Positions 10,561-19,724 of a stretch of DNA of 64,000 nucleotides are shown piece by piece (the first letter of the stretch is position 1; every line of letters begins with the position of its first letter). The translations under genes and the position numbers were made by a program. Origin of the DNA: Candidatus Saccharimonadota bacterium (lineage in GTDB: Bacteria > Patescibacteriota > Saccharimonadia > Saccharimonadales > UBA4665); contig DAHXLD010000010.1 of assembly GCA_027371845.1 (NCBI GenBank), forward strand, positions 9,438 to 73,437, in the 5' to 3' direction. The notes below the pieces were generated by a model. It had not been told where the DNA came from. It did no database searches and saw nothing but the letters and a program-made list of their open reading frames with translations.

Positions 10561-10591
10561 ATTATAGATTTACTAATTTAACGGGAGAGTT

Positions 10592-11803
10592 ATGAAGAAT
10601 AGTCTAGATAAACTAAAGAAACGTAATTTAAAAAAATACTTATTAATACTTATTTTATTAATACTTATTTTTGGTTCCTTTGCACTTGGTTTAAATGTTG
10701 GAAACGGAAACATTTCTTTTTCTAATAATAATTATGAAACTGGATTACCAGCGAAATTAAATTATAAGAACGTTAATCAGCTTTACAGTGTTCTAAGAGC
10801 AAATTACGATGGTCATTTAAGCGAATCTCAGGTTATGAACGGTATTATGCATGGATTAGCAAACTCTCCAGGAGACCCTTATACTGAATATTTTACCAAG
10901 TCTGAAGCGAGTGTTTTTAATAATGAATTAAATAATTCATTTAGTGGCATCGGTGCAGAGCTTAGTAAGAATGCAGCAGGAGATATTCAAATCATAGCTC
11001 CGCTAAGTGGTTATCCGGCCTCTAGGGCTGGGTTAAAGCCTCAAGACATAATATCAAGCATTAATAATGTTTCAACAAACGGAATGAGCGTTGAGACAGC
11101 CGTAAATGATATTAGGGGACCTGCTGGAACCAAGGTTAATCTAGGCATAATTAGAGGAAGTCAAAAGATTGATATTAGCGTGGTTCGGCAAACTATTACT
11201 ATCCCAAGTGTTAGTACTAAGATTCTAAAAGGGAATATTGGATACATGCAGATTATTTCCTTTGCTAATGATACTAGTAAACTAGCCTATCAGGCTGCCC
11301 TAAAATTTAAGAGCGACCACGTTAAAGGTATAATACTAGACCTTAGAAATGATCCTGGAGGCCTATTGACAGCCGCTATAAACGTATCCAGCCTATGGGT
11401 TAACAATAATAGTCTTATACTTCAAGAAAAGCGGAATAACACGGTTATAGATAGTTATTATGGCCAAGGTGACAATATTCTTAGCCATATTCCAACCGTA
11501 GTATTAATAAACTCAGGTACGGCCTCTTCGGCTGAGATTACTACGGGCGCACTTCATGATAACCACCAAGCATATGTAATCGGCACTAAGAGTTTTGGCA
11601 AAGGAGTCGTCCAAGAGTTATTCAATCTTAATAACGGTGGAGTTCTAAAAGTAACCATTGCCAGTTGGTATAGGCCGAACGGGCAAGATATTAATAAGAA
11701 GGGTATTACCCCGGATCAAACTGTTCAGTTAACAAATTCGGATATAAAATCTGGTAACGATACCCAATTAAATGCTGCTCTTAATTATTTATCTTCAAAA
11801 TAA
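10592..11803 (+). CDS. ctpA: S41 carboxy-terminal processing protease (PDZ domain)
   Basis: 403 aa. N-terminal TM, PDZ (FSGIGAEL..GYPASRAGLKPQDII), catalytic Ser in SGTASSAEI and Lys in SFGKGVVQ. SD GGGAGAG upstream. Confidence 0.88.
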   Translation: MKNSLDKLKKRNLKKYLLILILLILIFGSFALGLNVGNGNISFSNNNYETGLPAKLNYKNVNQLYSVLRANYDGHLSESQVMNGIMHGLANSPGDPYTEYFTKSEASVFNNELNNSFSGIGAELSKNAAGDIQIIAPLSGYPASRAGLKPQDIISSINNVSTNGMSVETAVNDIRGPAGTKVNLGIIRGSQKIDISVVRQTITIPSVSTKILKGNIGYMQIISFANDTSKLAYQAALKFKSDHVKGIILDLRNDPGGLLTAAINVSSLWVNNNSLILQEKRNNTVIDSYYGQGDNILSHIPTVVLINSGTASSAEITTGALHDNHQAYVIGTKSFGKGVVQELFNLNNGGVLKVTIASWYRPNGQDINKKGITPDQTVQLTNSDIKSGNDTQLNAALNYLSSK

Positions 11804-11819
11804 TAAAAAATTAATTTTT

Positions 11820-11847
11820 TTGTAAAAAAATAAAATCCAGATATAAT
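11820..11847 (+). promoter_or_regulatory. sigma70-type promoter for pyrG (TTGTAA-16 nt-TATAAT)
   Basis: TTGTAA at 11820-11825, TATAAT at 11842-11847, then SD GAGG and ATG 11867. Confidence 0.5.
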
Positions 11848-11866
11848 CTTTATAAAGCGAGGTTTA

Positions 11867-13471
11867 ATGGTGTTAAAGAAACAGACAAAATATATTTTTG
11901 TCACCGGTGGAGTTATATCTGGGCTAGGCAAGGGGATTACGGCTGCCTCGATTGCTAACCTTCTAAAAGCAAGAGGGTTTAATGTTAATCTTCAAAAATG
12001 TGATCCATATCTAAATGTTGATGCCGGGATGCTTAACCCCAGAGAACACGGTGAATGTTTTGTTACTAAAGATGGAGCAGAAACAGATTTAGACCTTGGA
12101 CATTATGAACGATTTATTGATCAAGAATTAAATCAGCAAAGCTCATTAATGGCGGGTAGGGTGCTCCTCAAAGTTATACAAGATGAACGAGCGGGTAAAT
12201 ATGATGGAGATGATGTTCAAATTATCCCTCATTTAACGGCAGCTATTCAGGGATATATTTTGGAGGCGGGTAAAGGATTTGATATTCATATCGTTGAAAT
12301 TGGAGGGACTGTCGGTGATTATGAGTCACTAAGCTTTATTGAAGCTATTCGAGAGCTAGGGCTCAAAGTTGGAATAGAAAATTGTTTATATATACACTTA
12401 GTATATTTGCCCTATATCAACACCTCTCATGAAATTAAAACTAAACCAGCTCAAAATTCCGCTAGAGAACTTAGGGGTTTAGGTATTCAACCAAATATAC
12501 TTGTGGCAAGAAGTGAGGAGCCGGCTAATTCTAATATTGTCAAGAAGATCAGTTTATTTACTGGAGTTAAAGAGAGCTCAATCGCGTTACTCCCCAATGC
12601 TCCCTCTATTTATGAAGTTCCTCTTACTCTCGAAGATAGTGGAGTTGCCACCGAAATCGTCAGATTACTAGGCTTAAAGGACAACAAGCCCAGCCTTAAA
12701 GAATGGCGTAAAATGGTAGATTTAGCCACCAAAAGCTTTGATAAAAAGATCAGAATAGGGTTTATAGCTAAATACTTAGATAATACCGATACCTATGTTT
12801 CGGTTTTTGAAGCCCTCAAATCAGCCGCACTTTGGAATGAGGTCAAGATTGATATTGACTGGATTGATTCAACTGAATTAGAAGACCAAAAGAATACTCA
12901 GAAGTTAAAAGAATATGACGGTATTCTAGTCCCCGGAGGGTTCGGAAAAAGGGGATTAGAGGGAAAGATAAATGCGGCTAAATTTGCTTATCAGAATAAA
13001 ATACCTTATTTGGGCCTTTGTTTAGGAATGCAAATGGCGGTAATTGCTGCAGCCAGGCTATCTAATTTTAATGAGGCTACTTCATTTGAAATTGATCCAA
13101 AATCAAAATTTCAAGTAATTACTACCATGAATGATCAAAAAGGCAAAGAAAATACTGGCGGGACAATGCGATTAGGAAATTATAACTGTAATATAAATAA
13201 AGATAGTTTAACCTTTAAATTATATAACCAAGAAAAAATCATAGAAAGACATCGCCATAGGGGCGAATGTAACCCAAAGTATACCGGAGACTTTGATAAA
13301 TGGGGGATTAGAATTGCTGGGGTTAACCCAGATAACGGATTAGTTGAAATAATCGAAGCGAAAGACCATCCATTTTATGTAGCTTGTCAATTCCATCCTG
13401 AATTCAAAAGTCGCCCAACTAAACCTCACCCCTTATTCGAAGGATTCCTGAAAGCAATTTTAAAAGTTTAA
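11867..13471 (+). CDS. pyrG: CTP synthase
   Basis: 534 aa. KYIFVTGGVISGLGKGITAASI N terminus and glutamine amidotransferase domain (GLCLGMQ, QFHPEF). Confidence 0.97.
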   Translation: MVLKKQTKYIFVTGGVISGLGKGITAASIANLLKARGFNVNLQKCDPYLNVDAGMLNPREHGECFVTKDGAETDLDLGHYERFIDQELNQQSSLMAGRVLLKVIQDERAGKYDGDDVQIIPHLTAAIQGYILEAGKGFDIHIVEIGGTVGDYESLSFIEAIRELGLKVGIENCLYIHLVYLPYINTSHEIKTKPAQNSARELRGLGIQPNILVARSEEPANSNIVKKISLFTGVKESSIALLPNAPSIYEVPLTLEDSGVATEIVRLLGLKDNKPSLKEWRKMVDLATKSFDKKIRIGFIAKYLDNTDTYVSVFEALKSAALWNEVKIDIDWIDSTELEDQKNTQKLKEYDGILVPGGFGKRGLEGKINAAKFAYQNKIPYLGLCLGMQMAVIAAARLSNFNEATSFEIDPKSKFQVITTMNDQKGKENTGGTMRLGNYNCNINKDSLTFKLYNQEKIIERHRHRGECNPKYTGDFDKWGIRIAGVNPDNGLVEIIEAKDHPFYVACQFHPEFKSRPTKPHPLFEGFLKAILKV

Positions 13472-13548
13472 AAGTAACTGAAATTAATTGTTATTTATTG
13501 CGTTATTGCTATTGCTAAAAACTAAATAAGAAGTTAACATATTGCTAT

Positions 13549-13962
13549 ATGGAAGATGCAAACACCAATATTCCAAAACCAAAACATCCCAGCCGAATAC
13601 TTTTAGTTGAAGATGATGATGCTTTAGCTAATGTCTACGTTACTCGCCTAGAGGCTGAGGGTTTTGATGTTAGAAGGGTGGCCAATGGAGAAGATGCTCT
13701 TGCTGATGCCATGAGCTATAAACCAGATCTGGTCCTTTTGGATGTTATGATGCCAAAAGTTAGTGGCTTTGATGTTTTAGATATACTTAGAAATACTCCA
13801 GAGACCGCTAATCTTAAAATAATAATGCTAACTGCCTTAAGTCAAGAAAGTGACAAAGAGAGAGCCGAAAGTCTTGGAGTTGACGACTATTTAGTAAAGT
13901 CGCAGGTGGTAATTGCTGATGTCGTTGAAAGAATAAGACATCACCTGCATTTAGAAAATTAA
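13549..13962 (+). CDS. single-domain response regulator (receiver only)
   Basis: 137 aa. LLVEDDD acidic pocket, DLVLLDVMMP phospho-Asp, IIMLTAL, DDYLVKS Lys. No output domain. Close paralogue of the receiver at 40164-41276. Confidence 0.85.
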   Translation: MEDANTNIPKPKHPSRILLVEDDDALANVYVTRLEAEGFDVRRVANGEDALADAMSYKPDLVLLDVMMPKVSGFDVLDILRNTPETANLKIIMLTALSQESDKERAESLGVDDYLVKSQVVIADVVERIRHHLHLEN

Positions 13963-13963
13963 G

Positions 13964-14236
13964 CTATTCGACGCTGACTTCTGTTCTTCGAACACTTTTT
14001 CCGCTAAATAAACGGATTTTTCTAGAACTGAACTTAACTATTCCATCTTTTGTGGCGTGTATTGTAAAGTTTCGACTTATCATGGTTCCTGTTCCAGGCC
14101 TTTTGGTCATTCCAACCTGCCTAACTATAACTTGTCCAGTTTTAACTTTTTGATTACCAAAAATTTTAACTCCTAGTCTTTGACCCGGTGAATCGTGAAC
14201 ATTTTTAGCTGTACCGCCTGCTTTTACGTGTGACAT
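13964..14236 (-). CDS. rpmA: 50S ribosomal protein L27
   Basis: 90 aa. MSHVKAGGTAKNVHDSPGQRLGVKIFG..IVRQVG matches the L27 N-terminal signature. No Firmicutes-type propeptide. Confidence 0.93.
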   Translation of the reverse strand: MSHVKAGGTAKNVHDSPGQRLGVKIFGNQKVKTGQVIVRQVGMTKRPGTGTMISRNFTIHATKDGIVKFSSRKIRLFSGKSVRRTEVSVE

Positions 14237-14240
14237 TTTA

Positions 14241-15407
14241 TTATTTCCTTATTAATGCTAATAATTGTCTTCCAACTACCTGGCTAGGTCTAAGATAGAT
14301 CAATTCTTTATTATTTAAACCTTTAAATTCTATGAGATTATATCCCAGATCGTCCAAATCGTCAATAACGTTCAGCTTCCTAAAGCCGTTACTTGAAACT
14401 TTCCAGGCAGGGACTGCAATGCATAATCTTTGACCTGAACTTAATTGATTAGCCAAATTTTCTAGAAATCCTTTAATTAAATTATTAGCATTTTCAACGA
14501 TTTTATTAAAGGAATTTGAATTCGGTATCTTAGATAATGGGGCGCCTAAACTTGTTTCAGTTGCAACGCAATCAAAATGGGGCCATTGGGTTGTTATTGC
14601 ATCTCCAACCATAAATTCTGAAGTTATATCTTGATCTATATTAAATTTGGTCTTTAACCATTTAATATTATCTATTGAGAAATTTATCATTTGGGGGTTA
14701 AGGTCTGCCCCTATTACGTCATTACCCATTAGCATGGCTTCTTGTAGAATTACTCCCGTTCCACAAAACGGATCTAGAACTACTGATTTCTGACCCCCTG
14801 CGGCAATATTTATTAAGATTTGAGCAAGTTTTGGAGGTAACATGCCATTTCTAGAGTCTCTAAAGGGTCTGTTAAAATCTCGAGCAGCATATCTAGAAAT
14901 ATTTTGAATAAATAGAGTCTTGGTAAGCCATATTTCATTTTTATTAGATATGATATTTACTTCAACATTATTGCCTTTATGTAGTTTGTTGTTTATTATT
15001 TGGGCACTATTTAATTCTTGGTCTCTATTTTCAACATATCTAGATGAACCGAAGTCCTTTAAAAGTTTCTTCTTAATTTGAAATCCTAGCTTATGAATTT
15101 CTTTAAGGGGCAACTCCTTGTTGTAAATACTTAATCCAAAAGTTATTTTTTTGGTTAAATCTTTATCTGATTTTACATATTCGCTAATAATCTCAGAGAG
15201 TCTGGACCAGTCTTTTTGGTCTATGATTTTAGGTATACCAGATACTTTATATGAACCTCCGATTTCCTCCATATTGCCCGGCAAATCGTCTGATTCTAAA
15301 ACCGCAAGATTAGCCGTCATGGGTCTTACGTTTTGTTCTCCGAATAGGCTATAAAGTTCTGCGAGGGAAAGTTCGCTTTGTCTACCTAAATTAAATATAA
15401 ATTTCAT
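14241..15407 (-). CDS. class I SAM-dependent methyltransferase, UPF0020/Trm11-like with N-terminal extra domain
   Basis: 388 aa. Motif I VLDPFCGTGVILQEA and acidic loop GADL. The position where this family has (D/N)PPY reads ATETSLG. Confidence 0.55.
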   Translation of the reverse strand: MKFIFNLGRQSELSLAELYSLFGEQNVRPMTANLAVLESDDLPGNMEEIGGSYKVSGIPKIIDQKDWSRLSEIISEYVKSDKDLTKKITFGLSIYNKELPLKEIHKLGFQIKKKLLKDFGSSRYVENRDQELNSAQIINNKLHKGNNVEVNIISNKNEIWLTKTLFIQNISRYAARDFNRPFRDSRNGMLPPKLAQILINIAAGGQKSVVLDPFCGTGVILQEAMLMGNDVIGADLNPQMINFSIDNIKWLKTKFNIDQDITSEFMVGDAITTQWPHFDCVATETSLGAPLSKIPNSNSFNKIVENANNLIKGFLENLANQLSSGQRLCIAVPAWKVSSNGFRKLNVIDDLDDLGYNLIEFKGLNNKELIYLRPSQVVGRQLLALIRK

Positions 15408-15458
15408 GATTCTAATATAACTTTAGCAAGCATTATTTTAAATAACTAACAAAATCAG

Positions 15459-15464
15459 TATAAT
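15459..15464 (+). promoter_or_regulatory. -10 hexamer TATAAT 9 nt upstream of ATG 15474
   Basis: TATAAT at 15459-15464 followed by TAAAAAAAT and then ATG. Confidence 0.4.
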
Positions 15465-15473
15465 TAAAAAAAT

Positions 15474-16532
15474 ATGTCATCAAAATCATTTTTAAAAAAG
15501 CGGTGGAAACTAATAATAAACATTATTACAATCCTTGCTTTAATAATCTTGGTTTATCTTATTAGAAAACAATTGATGGCCACAATAGACAACCTGGAGA
15601 ACATTAATGCTTGGGCGTTAGTTCTATTAATACCCATCGAACTTCTTAATTATCACGCTCAAACTAAGATGTATCAAAAACTTTTTGGAATTGTTGGCAA
15701 TAAACTTAAATATAAATACTTATTTAAAGCTGCTTTAGAGCTTAATTTTGTGAATCATATTTTTCCGAGTGGGGGCGTTACCGGGATCTCTTATTTCGGG
15801 GTGAGAATAAGTGGCCAAAAAGACGACAATGGCATTAGTGGTGGTAGAGCAACTCTAATTCAAATAATGAAGCTGGTCTTAACAATCCTTTCCTTTGAAG
15901 TTCTGTTGTTTGTTGGGCTTATTTTATTAAGTGCTTTTGGAAAAGTTAGTAACTTAACTATTTTAGTTGCCGCTATTCTGTCTACGATTTTAATTGTTTT
16001 AACGGCCTTATTCGGATATATAGTTGGTAGTAAAGCTAGAATTAATAACTTTTTTACTTTCTTAACAAAAGGTATCAATAAGTTTATTTATTTAATTTTT
16101 AGAAAAGAACCAGAATCCATTAATATTAAAAAAGCTAAGACGGTTTTTAACGATTTTCATGATAATTATCGCCAACTTGTGTCTCACTGGAAAGATTTAA
16201 GATCTCCATTCTGGTATGCTCTTCTAGCTAATTTAACAGAGATATTAGCCATCTATGTGGTTTATATTGCCTTTGGTAAATTTGTAAATATTGGAGCTAT
16301 AATAATCGCTTACGGTGTTGCTAACTTTGCTGGTTTGATATCTTTTCTACCAGGTGGAATTGGAATATATGAGGCCTTAATGACGGCCGTTTTAGCCGGT
16401 GCTGGGATTCCTCCAAAACTAAGTCTCCCGGTTACTGTGATGTACCGAGTTATTAATACTTTAATTCAACTTCCCCCAGGATACTATCTCTACCATAAAG
16501 CTATTAATGATGGTAAGGAAGTTGTAAAGTAA
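15474..16532 (+). CDS. flippase-like / lysylphosphatidylglycerol-synthase TM-region family membrane protein (UPF0104)
   Basis: 352 aa, about 8 TM helices. LPGGIGIYEA motif near the C terminus is typical of this family. Confidence 0.6.
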   Translation: MSSKSFLKKRWKLIINIITILALIILVYLIRKQLMATIDNLENINAWALVLLIPIELLNYHAQTKMYQKLFGIVGNKLKYKYLFKAALELNFVNHIFPSGGVTGISYFGVRISGQKDDNGISGGRATLIQIMKLVLTILSFEVLLFVGLILLSAFGKVSNLTILVAAILSTILIVLTALFGYIVGSKARINNFFTFLTKGINKFIYLIFRKEPESINIKKAKTVFNDFHDNYRQLVSHWKDLRSPFWYALLANLTEILAIYVVYIAFGKFVNIGAIIIAYGVANFAGLISFLPGGIGIYEALMTAVLAGAGIPPKLSLPVTVMYRVINTLIQLPPGYYLYHKAINDGKEVVK

Positions 16533-16552
16533 GCCGAAGAGGATAATAGATT

Positions 16553-17659
16553 TTGGAAGATTTAAGCGTAAGCGAATTCATTGCCGTACTAAATAATTAT
16601 TTAGATGAAAGTTTTCCTTTGATTAATATAGTTGGAGAATTAGCTAATTTTAAAATAAGTAAAAACAAGTGGCTATATTTTGATTTAAAAGATGAAAAAT
16701 CGTCGTTAAAATTTTTTGGAAGCATTTATAAATTAAAAAAACCAATAGAAGAAGGAATGTTGTTACGAGTTAGTTGTACTCCTCATTTACATTCAAATTA
16801 TGGCTTTAGTATGCAAGTTGTTGTTATTGAACCTTTTGGAGAAGGAAGTATTCAGAAGGCCAATCAACTTTTAGCGGACAAGTTAGCTAAAGAGGGTCTT
16901 TTCGATCCGGACAATAAGCGTTTATTAATGTATCCACCGGGTCAAATTGGTTTAATAACGTCAGCCCAATCAGCCGCTTATAGTGACTTCTATAAGATTT
17001 TAAATGAAAGATGGGCGGGAGTTAATATCAACTTATATGATGTTCAAGTTCAAGGTGAGGCAGCATCTCCCCAAATCATACAAGCCATAGATTACTTTAA
17101 TAATCAAAAAGTAAAGGTTGATGTCCTAGTATTAATTAGGGGAGGTGGTAGCCCTGACGATTTGGCTGTTTTTAATGACGAAAAATTAACAAGAAAAATA
17201 GCAAGTTCTAAGATACCGACTTTAGTTGCAATAGGGCACGAAATAGACGTTAGTTTAGCCGAGCTAGCTGCCGATAAAAGGGCTTCTACCCCAAGCAATG
17301 CTGCTGAATTATTAGTTCCAGACAAAAAAATTATTAAACAGGAGCTTAATAATAACCTGAAGATTTTAAATACTCGAATAGAAGATTTTTTCTTTAATTC
17401 TAACGAAAATCTTCTATTGAAAGAAAAGTCCTTAGAAGAATTAGTGACTAATAACATTGAAGTTATTAATAGAAATTTAATAAATAAACAAAGGATTCTA
17501 AAAGCTTATAATCCTAAAATTAATTTAAAACGGGGTTATTCGATTATTAGACTAAAATCAAAAGTCTTAAATTCCTCAAAACTATTAAAAAAGAATGATA
17601 AGCTAGCAATTGAGTTCTATGATGGTAAAATTGAATCTAAGGTAGAAAAGATTGGTTGA
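16553..17659 (+). CDS. xseA: exodeoxyribonuclease VII large subunit
   Basis: 368 aa, TTG start with SD GAAGAGGA upstream. OB-fold N terminus (VSEFIAVLNNYL..VGELANFK), catalytic core (LIRGGGSPDDL, IGHEIDVSL). Followed by xseB with an overlap. Confidence 0.88.
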   Translation: MEDLSVSEFIAVLNNYLDESFPLINIVGELANFKISKNKWLYFDLKDEKSSLKFFGSIYKLKKPIEEGMLLRVSCTPHLHSNYGFSMQVVVIEPFGEGSIQKANQLLADKLAKEGLFDPDNKRLLMYPPGQIGLITSAQSAAYSDFYKILNERWAGVNINLYDVQVQGEAASPQIIQAIDYFNNQKVKVDVLVLIRGGGSPDDLAVFNDEKLTRKIASSKIPTLVAIGHEIDVSLAELAADKRASTPSNAAELLVPDKKIIKQELNNNLKILNTRIEDFFFNSNENLLLKEKSLEELVTNNIEVINRNLINKQRILKAYNPKINLKRGYSIIRLKSKVLNSSKLLKKNDKLAIEFYDGKIESKVEKIG

Positions 17660-17663
17660 TTTT

Positions 17664-17864
17664 ATGAAAAAGGATCAAAAAATAGATTTTAAAACTTTAA
17701 ACAACGAGCTCGATCAGATCCTGGACGATTTAGAAAGACCAGAAATAGACGTTGATAAAATGATTGCTAAGTATGCTAGAGGAGTTGAAATAGTCACTAT
17801 TCTAAGTAGATATCTAAAGGAGTCGGAGAATAAAATAAAAAAAGTCAAAGATAACATTAAATAA
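17664..17864 (+). CDS. xseB: exodeoxyribonuclease VII small subunit
   Basis: 66 aa from ATG 17664 (the listed ORF begins at an in-frame TTG 17652 that overlaps the xseA stop). Helical hairpin, LNNELDQILDDLERPEIDVDKMIAKYARGVEI. Confidence 0.8.
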   Translation: MKKDQKIDFKTLNNELDQILDDLERPEIDVDKMIAKYARGVEIVTILSRYLKESENKIKKVKDNIK

Positions 17865-17907
17865 ATTAATTGAATTATATAGGAATGTTCTGATACGATA
17901 TAAAAAT

Positions 17908-18576
17908 ATGAAACATAAGCACGATGGATCAATAAATTTTCTTTTTTTGTTTATAGTGGCTCTATGTTTATTCTTCCTATCTCTTATATTTGGAATATGG
18001 TCTTATGCAACAGCTCAGAAATATAAAAACAACGTAGATCAAATAGTGAACGCTGATGTTAGTACCGCTAAAACACAACAACAAATCTCAGACAATAAAG
18101 CCTTTGCCATTGCCGAACAAAACCCATTTACGACTTACTATGGTCCTCAAGCGTATGGAAGTCTAGTAGTAAGTTACCCAAAAAATTGGAGCTCTTACGT
18201 TAACACCACTACCAATAATAATTATCCGGTTGATGGTTACTTCTATCCAAGTACCTTACCGTCGGTTCACGATTCTGATCCTGTTGATTTTGCTTTAAGA
18301 ATTAGGGTCTTAAATATGACCTACAGTCAGGAGTTACAGCAGTATGCTGGGCTTCAAAATGGAGGTAATGTTCAAATAAGCGCCTATTCGCTTCCCAAGA
18401 TGCCATCAATCGTTGGAGTAAAGGTAGTCGGAAGTTTACTAAACAATAATCAGAAGCAGGGAACTGTAATAATCCTACCACTTAGAAGTAATACATTAGA
18501 ATTTTGGACAGAAGGCAATCAGTATCAAAGTACTTTTATTAACAATATTTTACCCTCTATAAGTTTTTCTCCTTAA
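17908..18576 (+). CDS. hypothetical membrane-anchored extracytoplasmic protein
   Basis: 222 aa. Single N-terminal TM (INFLFLFIVALCLFFLSLIFGIW) followed by a soluble domain of about 170 aa. No motif recognised. Confidence 0.6.
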   Translation: MKHKHDGSINFLFLFIVALCLFFLSLIFGIWSYATAQKYKNNVDQIVNADVSTAKTQQQISDNKAFAIAEQNPFTTYYGPQAYGSLVVSYPKNWSSYVNTTTNNNYPVDGYFYPSTLPSVHDSDPVDFALRIRVLNMTYSQELQQYAGLQNGGNVQISAYSLPKMPSIVGVKVVGSLLNNNQKQGTVIILPLRSNTLEFWTEGNQYQSTFINNILPSISFSP

Positions 18577-18627
18577 CGATTTATTAATTAATAAGTGGTA
18601 TAATTATCTCTAGAAAAGAGGGTAGAG

Positions 18628-19344
18628 ATGTCTCTTGATGAGGTAAAGGTTTTAAATCAAGAAATTGCTTCGATAATAAATTTAGCCGAACAGTTGAAGT
18701 TGCCATTTCTGCAAATCCTTAGAGAAGTAGAAGCAAGTAAAATTGATAATCAAAGGGATCTTAATAACATTGAAGTATCAGCTGAACATGCCTTAAATCT
18801 TTTAGACAATTATTTATTAAGTATTAAATTAAGCAACAAAGAAGTTGAGTTTAGTAGCGAGTCAGTCTCAATATCTCATATTCTTTATGAGAGTTCTAAA
18901 TTGCTAGAAAATCTTGCCAGGCAATATGGCGTAATAATCGAACTTGATATCAACGGAAAATTTGGACCAGTTGAAGCTAATGGATTTGGATTGCAGTCAG
19001 CATTATTTAGCGCCGGTTCTTCTCTTATAGAGGCCGTATCGGCTAGCCCGGATCAATCTAAGAAGCGTTTGTATTTAGCGAGTCACAAGAGTCGTTACGG
19101 TATTGTAATAGGTGCCTATACGGACAATATGATCATTACTAATAAGATTATAAAACAGGGCCGATCTCTTGCGGGACTTTCTAGCCAACCTTTCCCGTCT
19201 ATTATTCCATCAGCTGGAGCTGGCATACTAGTTGCGGATCGAATAATGAAAGCAATGAACTTAGACTTAAAGAGTTCCAGGCATAATAAGTTATATGGAA
19301 TAGGTGCAGTACTCCATTCAAACGAACAGTTACAATTAGTTTAA
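18628..19344 (+). CDS. cytoplasmic histidine-kinase-like protein with degenerate catalytic motifs (pseudokinase candidate)
   Basis: 238 aa. HK-like order of a helical DHp-like N terminus plus a GHKL-like C terminus (G2-like SAGAGILVADRIMKAMNLDLKSS..YG). The H-box position reads IINLAEQLKLPF (no SHELRTP His), the N-box reads LFSAGSSLIEAV (no Asn) and G1 reads AYTDNMII. SD AGAGGG upstream. Confidence 0.45.
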   Translation: MSLDEVKVLNQEIASIINLAEQLKLPFLQILREVEASKIDNQRDLNNIEVSAEHALNLLDNYLLSIKLSNKEVEFSSESVSISHILYESSKLLENLARQYGVIIELDINGKFGPVEANGFGLQSALFSAGSSLIEAVSASPDQSKKRLYLASHKSRYGIVIGAYTDNMIITNKIIKQGRSLAGLSSQPFPSIIPSAGAGILVADRIMKAMNLDLKSSRHNKLYGIGAVLHSNEQLQLV

Positions 19345-19724
19345 TGAAACGCATAAACATATTGTTAGTTGAACCTGATAATGTTCTAGCAAGAAGCTAT
19401 CAAAGAGCTTTAGAGAAGTTGGGACAAAAGGTTATTTGCGCGAATAGTGCTCAAAATGCGATTAATCAACTTGATAAATTTAAGATAAGTTTAATAATCC
19501 TAGAGATTCAACTAGTTGATCATTCTGGGATAGAGTTTTTATACGAACTTAGATCTTATCCAGAGTGGGATAAAATAAGAGTTATCATCCTAAGTTCAAT
19601 ACCAGAACACGAATTTAAGAATAATATAAATATCTTAAAAAATGACCTAAAAGTTGATTATTATCTTTACAAGAATGGTACTAAATTAAATAAATTAATA
19701 AAAATTATCGAAAATATAGAATGA
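19344..19724 (+). CDS. atypical receiver domain protein (phospho-acceptor Asp replaced by Glu)
   Basis: 126 aa. Receiver fold landmarks are present (ILLVEPD, RVIILSS, VDYYLYK Lys), but the beta3 site reads SLIILEIQLVDHSG where DLIILDxxxP is expected. Its start overlaps the upstream stop (TAATG). Confidence 0.65.
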   Translation: MKRINILLVEPDNVLARSYQRALEKLGQKVICANSAQNAINQLDKFKISLIILEIQLVDHSGIEFLYELRSYPEWDKIRVIILSSIPEHEFKNNINILKNDLKVDYYLYKNGTKLNKLIKIIENIE

